DNA of 50,540 nt, the filler included, from Sphacelaria rigidula (taxonomy: Eukaryota): NCBI GenBank assembly GCA_964200075.2. It is 3 parts of 3 records of this genome, joined end to end, with 100 filler letters (N's around TTAATTAATTAA, not from the genome) between each part and the next. Parts side by side here need not be neighbours in the genome. Positions count along the whole stretch, not along the records: positions 1 to 16,786 come from CAXNAA020001255.1; positions 16,887 to 33,669 come from CAXNAA020001256.1; 1 more part is not named here. One strand, 5' to 3'. The notes under the pieces are model-generated. The model was not told the origin of the DNA. It was given only the letters and a program-made list of their open reading frames with translations, and ran no database searches. This document shows, piece by piece, positions 11,701 to 20,200 of the stretch. A program made the translations under genes and the position numbers. Each line of letters opens with the position of its first letter. Position 1 is the first letter of the stretch.

Positions 11701-14700
11701 TGGCGTCCTCACACCGGGCTCATATTTCCTGTGTCTGTGTCCAACCGAGTTTTCTCCTGGGGGCAATCCTCCATACCTCGAACCAAGCAAATCAGAAAAG
11801 TGGGCTAGACTCCTCTCAGTGAGACGATGCGAAGCGTCCGAGACGTGCGGTGGCGATCTGCTTCAAGAGGGGGTCAAAGGTCGTGTCAAACGTCCCAAAA
11901 CAGGAGAATACGCCCCCAGAATAACCAACCGTATATGAAATGTCAAGACATGTGATGAGCGATCACGTTCGAAAAATGGGATTGGAACATTACAATGAGG
12001 TTCAATTCCAAAATAGTGATTTCCCTGACCTCAAGTAATGACAATTGACTTTCATATTAGACATTATACCTCCCGGCCACCCTGAAACTCTTTTGGGATG
12101 TTTTCCGCCTTCCGTTTCCGCAATGGGCAGTTTCCACCAAAACTCAATAGAATGCAGCAGCTGTCTCGTTTTCTGACACAAGTTTACTCCAGGCCGGAAT
12201 GGTCGTGACAAACACACGGAGAACAAGAACCCACCTGTAGACGAAACAGTCCACCGATAAGTGCATATGCGTCGGCCACGTCTGTCGTCTCAGCTCGACC
12301 CAACTCCAGCAAGCTGGCTCTATACCTCTCCACCCCCAGCTGCTCATTGCCGGACAGCTCCTCCAGTGATCGCCACAAACGAATCAACGCGTATACATCC
12401 GTGCTCAGCCCCTCGTTCTCCTTAAACTTCCGGACCACAGAAAGCCTGCTCAAGTATCGCGTTTGACGCCCCACAGCACCCTCGACCAACTCATGCCTCT
12501 CCTTACCTTTACACTCAAGTTTGATAAAGTCCAACAGCAGGTCGTGCACGTAAAAGGAGCCTTCCGCCTCATGCAACAGTGTATTCTGCGCAAGGAAATC
12601 AGCTTCATTCTGCGCACCTTTGTCATCCTGCGACGCGATATGGTCATGACAAACAAGTCGGTGTTGGGCGTGGGTGATCCTATGAGTTTCACGCAACTAG
12701 TGTTCCGACGGCTCCAGCTGACAGCAAGGTCTCCTCGTAATAATGTCACGAAATCCTGAACTCCTACTTGACACTCGTCCACCATGAGTAGTCTACATGG
12801 ACGAGGACTCGCATTGTATCGACGTTCAACCTATGCCTCCCAAACGCCGTATGGCAGGTGAAAGATTGTATACTGATATCAACTTGTTCCGGCATCACAC
12901 CAGAAACAAACGCTTTTTGAATCACGATCAGCCTAAATTCTCCTCCAATAGCTGGTAGCTTGATCCCGGCAAACGTTTTGAGCGAACGTGCTGACCACAC
13001 GAAGGGCACACCAAACTTCTCACCATACCAGGCAAACATGAAACGAAAGTGTATGCTCACAGTGCACATATATCGAGCTATGGAAACTATCCGGCATACG
13101 GACAAGACCACTCCGTACATGGTAATGAGTCTGGCTCCATAAGATTCCGCTCATCTCACAAGCATCACCGGGCAGCACGTATGTACAAAGGTCAGAAGTC
13201 TGCGACCGATGCAACGGCGCTATCGAATCAACCGAACCTTCTCCCAGAGCGTGGCCAGCATAGCAGTTGATGCCCAAACACCACGGGCCAGCACAACCAG
13301 ACTCAGGAACATGTCTTGCTGCTCTTGACCCAACTCTTCCAGGCTTACGGACAGCACGGGATACAGTGACCTCTTGGACTTGTCGTCGGCGATGTCTCTG
13401 CTCATCTGGAGACCTAGCCGGGTTGCTTTCTTCGCTTTTATCTCTAGGTGCAGCTGGTGCCACGATACAGCAGAGTCTGGGCTTCCGGTAACACACGGGA
13501 GTGACCCTGCAATAGCAAGGGCCAACGCCAGCCGCCCGCATTCCTCAGCAACCTACGACGGATAGATCATGACGGAGAACACCGACAGAACAACACAGGT
13601 CGCGGATGCAGTCCGGCGAGTCTAGAGGAACTTCCAACTATATCAAAACATGGACTACCAAGACAACACCGCTTACAGTCTCATTTTGACAGCGACAAAT
13701 TTCAATCTGTAAATCGGTACATTATTGCGTCATACAAGACATCAGCAATCACATCAGACATTGATATGGGTGGGACCATGTTCTCGGTTGACAGACGAGG
13801 ATGGCTTGCACATCTCAAACGCTCTACCGTGAACCAGTGGCCGTCATACTTGTACCTGGTCAGCCTCCCTCTCCGGAAGTGCCACTGCGCCGCTCTTCGA
13901 CTTCAGCAGCTGCCGCGCCTCCACATGGTCCATGCTTCCCACCTCCGTGCACCCCCCCTGCATGGCAACTACTGAGCGGACACGCGTGGTCACCAGCAGC
14001 TGAAGTCCCGTGAGCATCAGCAGATTCACAATATCGCGCTGCCATACATCGTCCACCACAACCAGGCGAGGCAGGCCATCTTCTGACATGGTTGCAGTCA
14101 AGCTCCGGATCACCTCGTCCTCGCTGTCGAAGTAGAGCGGCCCCGTGGGAGATACTTTAACCTTGGCGGCTAGCCCCTCAAGGAGAGCTAGAAGTTGAGT
14201 CTCACCAGCTCGTCCTACGCTAAGCCAGTAGACTCCTCCCTGAAAGTGCTTCAGCACATCTGGGTTGCGAACGACTGCAGATGCTAGCATTGTCTTGCCT
14301 GCTCCCCCCATACCAAATAGCGCGTACGGAGCACTGCTAGCATCTGCTGCCGTGAGTTTTGAAACGATCTCCGACACGAGAGCAGTGCGCTCTACGAAAC
14401 TTGGAGGTCGCGAGCGCGCTTCAGGCGGAACCCTCGCCATACGTCTAGGCGCGGAGGAGTGGGTCAGCTTGGTGCGTATAGCGCTGGCGTCCGCAGCTAT
14501 AGAAAGCGCGGCGGCGCTCGTCGCCATGGTCAAGATTGTCTCGAGTGCCGCCCTGTGCGTTTTGATCCTTGTTCTGTCTCTGGCGTGCAGAGGCAGCCTT
14601 CGCCGAGGAAAAGAACGGCCCCGCTTGGCGTCGAACTGGATGGCGGTTTGATGGATGTTGGTGATCTCTTTTGTCACCTGCTGCACAGCGGTCTGGATGT

Positions 14701-15448
14701 GCGCGGGGAGCTCCGGCGCACGGGCATTGTCCAGTACGATACTCGTTATCAAGACGCAGTAGCTTAGGAGGTCAAGTAGTTCCTCCCGTGCAGCAGTGGC
14801 TCCTTTCACGGCCTCGAACAGAGCACTGAGAACAGCACAGGCGGGCTTCACAGCGTCGATATTGACCGCATTCACCATGAGGGCGAGCCCCTCAATTACC
14901 ACCCCGGTGGCAGTCTCTCCGGCTGCTGCCTCCGCCGTTTCCGCCCGAAGGAGGACAGCTTGATACCACGGTCTATTCTCTTCGATGACCTTCTGCGTCT
15001 TTTCTAGTGCCTAATCGACGAGGTAACAACACGCGTTATGTAGTAGGCTGCAGGTGTGAACCATCTTTCTCTGTTTCGACGCCAAACCTAGGTGGCTCAA
15101 CGCTGCACTCATGCACAGAGCCCCAGCCTCGAGCCAACGCCAACCAAGGCACAGCCTGTATGCACGGGATGTCCATGTCATATCCTAGCGTCATTCCCCG
15201 TCAAGATCTTCAGTTAATTTCAGAATATTCCAGAGTTTCTCACAGATAACTCCACATTTCTCCACTGGCATCGCCAAAAAGCATATGCTCGGTCTACTAA
15301 TGATACCCGTGTTCTCACCTGTTCTCTTATTTTGTCACATACCGCCCACCAGTACATTTCTACGTCGCATACACCACATATTGCTGAGCACATCGAATTC
15401 GTCGAATCTCACCTGGACCGGAGTGCCCACGATGACCGGGGATACCAT
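2796..15448 (-). CDS. NB-ARC-TPR (NLR-like) protein, spliced gene: N-terminal helical domain + NB-ARC + 13 intact TPR exons
   Basis: Exons in transcript order: 15413-15448, 13856-15010, 13238-13552, 12235-12627, TPR exons from 8564-8689 down to 3172-3297, tentative stop exon 2796-2843. All junctions are GT-AG and phase 0. NB-ARC motifs occur in order: P-loop GMGGAGKT, Walker B LVVVDDVW, LLVTTR, GLPL-like CGRLALALAIAG, MHD-like FYVHDLL. First and last exons are less certain. Confidence 0.9.
3172..3297 (-). CDS. TPR exon 14 (GKLAEAERLYERCEARQETVLGPKHPDMATLLPNRAGSLQDQ)
   Basis: 126 nt, AG/GT flanked, phase 0-0. Confidence 0.85.
3603..3728 (-). CDS. TPR exon 13 (GKLAEAERLYERCQAMREKILGPEHPDLAATLNDRAGLLKQQ)
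   Basis: 126 nt, AG/GT flanked, phase 0-0. Confidence 0.88.
4026..4151 (-). CDS. TPR exon 12 (GKLAAAERLYERCQAIQEEVLGPEDPRLATLLHNRASLLQLQ)
   Basis: 126 nt, AG/GT flanked, phase 0-0. Confidence 0.85.
4557..4682 (-). pseudogene. Dead TPR cassette 11 (pseudo-exon)
   Basis: GKLTEAERLYERCQAISENVLGP*DPRLATLLNNRAGLLQSQ: in-frame TAG at 4611-4613, and the donor reads CAG|TTGAGA instead of CAG|GTGAGA. Confidence 0.85.
4973..5098 (-). CDS. TPR exon 10 (GKFSEAEPLYESCQAITEKVLGPEDPRLTTLLHNRANVLRHQ)
   Basis: 126 nt, AG/GT flanked, phase 0-0. Confidence 0.88.
5369..5494 (-). CDS. TPR exon 9 (GKLAQAERLYERCQAIREIVLGPEHFDLAATLHNRALLLQHQ)
   Basis: 126 nt, AG/GT flanked, phase 0-0. Confidence 0.88.
5776..5901 (-). 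CDS. TPR exon 8 (GKLAEAEPLYERCETMLEKILGPQHPDLAGLLHNRAGLLQLQ)
   Basis: 126 nt, AG/GT flanked, phase 0-0. Confidence 0.88.
6147..6272 (-). CDS. TPR exon 7 (NKFAEAERLYEQCQAIREKVLGPEHFDLAATLNNRAGLLKRQ)
   Basis: 126 nt, AG/GT flanked, phase 0-0; first codon is AAC instead of GGY. Confidence 0.85.
6564..6689 (-). CDS. TPR exon 6 (GKFAEAERLYEKCQAMQEKVLGPEHPRLATTLHNRAGLLQHQ)
   Basis: 126 nt, AG/GT flanked, phase 0-0. Confidence 0.88.
6990..7115 (-). CDS. TPR exon 5 (GKFAEAERLYEGCQAITEKVHGPEHPDLAVLLHNRARLLKDQ)
   Basis: 126 nt, CAA|GTAAGA donor, phase 0-0. Confidence 0.88.
7398..7523 (-). CDS. TPR exon 4 (GRFAEAEGLYERCQSIMETVLRPEHPDLAVLVNNRAGLLQLQ)
   Basis: 126 nt, AG/GT flanked, phase 0-0. Confidence 0.88.
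7817..7942 (-). CDS. TPR exon 3 (GKFTEAEVLYEQCQAMQEKVLGLEHPDLATTLNNRGGLLQHQ)
   Basis: 126 nt, AG/GT flanked, phase 0-0. Confidence 0.88.
8191..8316 (-). CDS. TPR exon 2 (GKFAEAERLYERCQAMKEKLLDPEDPVLATLLLNRAGLLKDQ)
   Basis: 126 nt, AG/GT flanked, phase 0-0. Confidence 0.88.
8564..8689 (-). CDS. TPR exon 1 (GKFSEAECLYERCQAIREIVFDSEHLDVATALHNRAVLLQLQ)
   Basis: 126 nt, AG/GT flanked, phase 0-0. Confidence 0.88.
11493..11933. mobile_element. Foldback/MITE-like long inverted repeat in NB-ARC intron 4
   Basis: tctcactaagaggagtctaacccaaacttctgattcgcttgg pairs with ccaagcaaatcagaaaagtgggctagactcctctcagtgaga; outer ends tacggttg / caaccgta. Confidence 0.7.
12235..12627 (-). CDS. NB-ARC-TPR exon 4: winged-helix/MHD region and first TPR half-repeat
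   Basis: CAG|GAT acceptor, CAG|GTGGGT donor, 393 nt; FYVHDLLLDF motif; ends DVADAYALIGGLFRLQ, resembling the C-terminal half of the array unit. Confidence 0.88.
13238..13552 (-). CDS. NB-ARC-TPR exon 3: ARC subdomain (VAEECGRLALALAIAGSL...LATLWEK)
   Basis: TAG|GTT acceptor, AAG|GTTCGG donor, 315 nt, GLPL-like motif. Confidence 0.88.
13856..15010 (-). CDS. NB-ARC-TPR exon 2: N-terminal helical bundle + P-loop/Walker B (385 codons)
   Basis: Open frame between acceptor GATTAG|GCA and donor CAG|GTACAA; contains GMGGAGKT, VVVDDVW, LLVTTR. Confidence 0.92.
15413..15448 (-). CDS. Probable first coding exon of the NB-ARC-TPR gene (MVSPVIVGTPVQ)
   Basis: ATG plus 12 codons ending CAG|GTGAGA; phase 0 matches the acceptor at 15010. 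Confidence 0.55.
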
Positions 15449-16050
15449 GACAGCGCTTTGTAAAAAACCTAAGCACGTGGAAGAGTCGCGTTCGGCGATC
15501 GACAGAGGGAAAGAGAGGTAGCTCAAGCCGACGGTCCGTCGGTCCATTCACTGTGTACTACTGCCGTTGTTTCATACGCGTGGGGATCCCATAAAAGTCG
15601 ACAGGCCGTAGGGGTGTTGGCCCAACGTTGCATAATACTCCGTGTAAAGAGCGAGCAAATTACATACCGGGGGAAACATAGATTCATCCCTTGGAACAAC
15701 GGACTTGTCCCAAGTGAGGAACAGCGATGTGTAACTGAAACATGAAAAACACAACACGGTCACGTCATCGTGGCGAGTTTTCCGTTCAACCCTGAGCGAA
15801 GCTATTTCGTCCGAGGAACAAAGTTGCTCGCGTTGTTTCTCGGTTTTCGGAGGACGGCGGGGGAATTTTTCACACGATAGTAGCCTCCTCGTTTGAAGCC
15901 ACTTTCGAGTGTGCTCGTGGCGACAAAATGCTTCATGTTTTAACCTGTGCTCGCCGCGGGGAGGGGAGGGGGAGGGGAAGGGAGGTGGCCATGGTTGTAA
16001 GTATTATCTCGCATGCCGTAGTCACGATACCGTTGACCTCTCATCCGTAC

Positions 16051-16786
16051 AGAGCCGGAACGGGGCACACCGGGTGTCGAGGGACTAGGCTCGCAATCAA
16101 TCACCAAGCGCGAAGAGCCGTGATGTGCTTGGGAGTCGCTTGAAGGGTGAGCTGCATCATACCGAGATTCTTCGGTCCGAAGCGTACTGTATATCTTGCA
16201 TTTGGACGACAGCCTCCGATGGGGAGTTATGCTATGATACGGGGCGGTGTATTTTGAGTATTTTCTCCCAATAAATTCCATCTCAAATCTTCGTTGAAAG
16301 CAGCAACGTTTGTTCAAATGCGATTACTACCAGTAAGACACATTCATACCACTAGACACCGTTCCTACCCAAATAAAAACGCGCTTTGTTGATCCAGGAA
16401 GAATTCGCTGACGATCGCGAAAGGCGCACGCCCCTTCGTTAAAAACGTTGAAATCACAGGACTATTAGCCGGTGACACGGTTGCGAAATGATGCTTAAGG
16501 TCGAAGGGTTAAGGACAAGAAGGCGTGGGGTCAACCGCTTCTCGTCTCGTGTTGCTTCTGCTTGTTGCAATGTCAGATGATGCAGTTATCGTTCAAAAAT
16601 TGTAGGTTGTTCCTATTAATTCCTCTTTCACCTCTCATTGAGAGGGTACGCGAAGAGTGGTATCCCCCGCACGCCCAACCCCCTCCCCCCTCCCCCCCCC
16701 CCCCCCCGCCCCCCACGGCGCTTCGCGCTTGGTGATTGATTGCGAGCATGGTCCGGCGAAAGCCCGGCGTGCTCCGTCCCGGTTTT
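16051..16786. repeat. Two inverted copies (16051-16122 and 16714-16786) of a ~70-nt dispersed repeat; third copy at ~1467-1540
   Basis: gctcgcaatcaatcaccaagcgcgaag is the exact reverse complement of cttcgcgcttggtgattgattgcgagc. Confidence 0.7.
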
Positions 16787-16886
16787 NNNNNNNNNNNNNN
16801 NNNNNNNNNNNNNNNNNNNNNNNNNNNNNNTTAATTAATTAANNNNNNNNNNNNNNNNNNNNNNNNNNNNNNNNNNNNNNNNNNNN
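16787..16886. other. Artificial contig linker (N44-TTAATTAATTAA-N44)
   Basis: Exactly 100 nt with a six-frame stop palindrome in the centre; identical to the linker at 33670. Confidence 0.97.
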
Positions 16887-17242
16887 CTCCTCCAAACAAA
16901 GAGGGTACCCAGGTTTGTCGCTAATGCACCATGGTATACCCTACTGTGACGTTTGCCCAAAAAAAAAATATATATATTTTGGTACCGAAGTAATTGTTGT
17001 TTTTATGCCCTATGCATTGTCCATACTAAATTTCAGGGCCCAACTCTAAATGTATAAAAGAGCATGGGCCTACAAAATTCAAATCCGCCTCTAGGCTGGC
17101 CCAGCTCGTACAGTCCACCCGTTTCAATAATGTACGTCGTTGGTGGTTGAGGACTAGGCTCATTACTCTGCGAGATGGAGAAGACACGGCAAGCCACTAT
17201 CGTTCATGTTATCGCTCGGCGCGTGTTGTTTTTACACCTCAG

Positions 17243-20200
17243 GGTCCAGACGAGTTGGCTGCAAAGGGGTCGGCGGGAAATATCGGAGTTGGGGGAAGCG
17301 GACAGGACTTTTTGCGAGAGGCCAGGGCACGAGCACAGGTGACCCTAGTCATATATCGCAGCTTACTGTAGTACGCTAGATACATATTATCGGGCCTAAA
17401 TATCGGATGTAGTGCCTTGACACATATTATCGGGTTCATGGACAGCACAGTAGCACGTTTTTGCTTCGCATACGTTTCACAGTGGTCATCAACTTTGGTT
17501 TCGGGGTGAGGGGATGTGTACTGCTTTCTCGTTTCGTGTACTACATGCCGTGTGCTGTCACAGCTGCATAGTGTGCGGGTATCAACTCTGGCACTTCCTC
17601 TGTCCCACATGTCAGGGTATTTGAGTTTACATGGACCCTTAACCGTGTCCGATCGTTAAGGAGATTTATTTTCTCCATCATATTATTTGGCGTTTTTTGT
17701 TTGGAGGTGAAATCCTTCTCCTTTTTTAGTCGTCATCGTTTCTACCATGCCGCCGAACGGCCGGCAGAACATCGGTCCGCCGGGAAATGGCGATATCGAG
17801 CCCTTATCCCGGGAGCAAACAAAAAAAACGGAAGAAAAAGCACTTGGCATTGTTTTTGCTTGAAAGTTAGTCGTCCGCCGTATCGCTGGAACTTGATTGC
17901 CACAAAAAATAGATGAATATCACGCTAAATATCAAAATATTTGCCGAAATATTCACCAATGTGGTCTTTCTTGACCCGAATTTCTTCGTACCGAAATTAT
18001 GTCAGATATTTTTAGTGTTGTACACACACGTGATTGGGGTAAACGCTTCTTGGAGAGCCAAAGACCCTATCTTGAGGGACACAGGAAGTGCGTCAAGGTG
18101 GTACAACGCGTGCGCTGCCGCTTTGTACTATTTTTTCTCGTCTCGTCGATCTTGCACAATGCCGTGTTGAACGTATTGAATGTTTTTATCATGTAAGTGT
18201 GAAGTAACCACGCGCATGTGGATGCCTACGAGATGACGGCGGTACAGTTTGCGACGCAGACCTGGTGTTGTGTGCATTGGATGTTCGTGTGTGCTGTTGG
18301 CGTAGATGTACAAGACGAGAATATCCTACATTTTTTAAGGGAAACGAACCTCACCTCTTCAGTTTTTTTTGCTCAGTTTGCAATTATTATAAAAACCTTG
18401 ATATCGCGACTTGTCTTCATGGGGAGCTAGCCTCCTGGAGCACTCATCTCAAGTGTAGCGCTCGTGTGTGATTCAGGGAATTGTTGCAAGTGAAGGGCCA
18501 AGTGCGAGTGGCAGCGAGGAGGACTCTACGAAGCTGTTGGTGTTGGCGCTTTGCCACGACGGTTTCGTCAAGCCTGCATCGGAAGAAGCGGTGTGTCAGC
18601 AATGCTTTACACTAGTGGTCTCGTGTGACAGTTGAATGCTTTACAGTTTGGACCTATGTACGGAGGACGCCAAATCACTCTTCAATAACCTTGCCAAAAT
18701 GAGAAATTTCCTCCCGATTTTGTTCCTGTACTACAGTACTGAGTAGCTCTGGTCTCTGAAACTTTGTGTCGAGTTCACTCTTTGAAATCCAATAATGTGC
18801 GAAATTTCTCATCTATATACAAACAGGTACAAGCAGGTTCCCCCAAAAGCCAGGTTCGAGTGAAAGCTGCGATCCACCTCGATATGTTTGCATTACTCTA
18901 TTTGATTTAGTAGTGATTTTCACCGCCCGGTGACGTGGCCACCCCTTCATCTCCATCCCCATCCCAAGCAAGCTACGAGCTGGGCCAGCCTAGACACGGA
19001 TTTAAGCTCTCCAAGCAATATCTCGTCGACACGGACGAGTTGGGCCGTGAACCGCGTATTGTATTTATCGTCTAACCACGGGGAAGGTGCCCATCTGCTC
19101 AAAAGTTTGTGCCCAGATTTTCTCGTTGATTAAACCCCATGTCTAGCAATTCCTATACCTAACGGAGATAGCGTCCGTACTAAAAATCCGCGATGACAGC
19201 TTTTATATTTTGTTTTAGTTTTCGTCACACTTCCAACCTTTACACCCTCTTTTTTCCTTTGGAGGAGTCTGTGATGTCAATTTATCGCCCCTTGTCTCTC
19301 CCGGTACACGCCTTGCCTTTTGGCATCGCGGATTGGATAATGACCAGCACCCCCGTACTTGGTCGACTGTCGTCTAGCAACTCCAGCCAGACTCTTTTTG
19401 CTACTCACGTCCTGGCACTCTCTTAACCACAGAAATCAATCACCAAAATCGGATCCTGTGTTTTTGAAGGAAAACCCTCGACACTTTTTGCTGGAATCGA
19501 ACCCGTGTTCTTTTCAGTCGTACTACTACAGTAAGCACCACCGGGGCGCGGCTTTACATGTGTCTTGAATCTTGGTTCTTGAGTCGTCTGGTCGACGCAG
19601 CACTGACCGTTCCGCACTGCTAATCGGACGCGCGATATTTTTTGTTCGCCGCCAAGGTACATTAAGGTATAGTAAGGTAAAGTAACCTTTCGGCGTCATG
19701 TGACGGCGACACAGTCCTGACAACCCACCGTGACTGTACCGGGCGGTATTTCATACCGCCCCACGGGAATGGAGCTAACGAAATTCTATGTTACTGAGAG
19801 CACGTTTACGACATTGACCACCGAAGAGCACGTGCGTTGATAGATTCCGCATGAGAGCGTTCCACGACGCACGAGTTGGTATCGCCGTAGTTTCGAGGGC
19901 CGTACAGAGTCACATTTGTTAGTTAGACAGTTTGACTGTTTAAGCGGCGGGTGGCTCGCACGGGTGCGCCAAGCACGAGTTGTTCCCGCCATTCAACAAA
20001 ATGACACAGGTACACGAACGAGTGTCACTCAGGCATTGTCTCCTACAGTATTGCCTTTCAGATTGTACAATCTGAGGTTTAATACTTTCCCGATCCAGGG
20101 TGTGCGTCCTGCTATTTAAGTGCTCATATCTCGTGATCGATGCATCGATGCGTGAATATTTTTCGCGCGAACTGCTGAATCAATTTTTGTCGGATTGCCA

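Noticed and set aside
16831-16842. TTAATTAATTAA palindrome, also at 33714-33725
   Set aside because: Synthetic spacer centred in N runs; not biological.
15448-17243. Functional head-to-head linkage of the NLR-like gene with the antiviral helicase SKI2
   Set aside because: The two are separated by an artificial linker, so adjacency is unproven.
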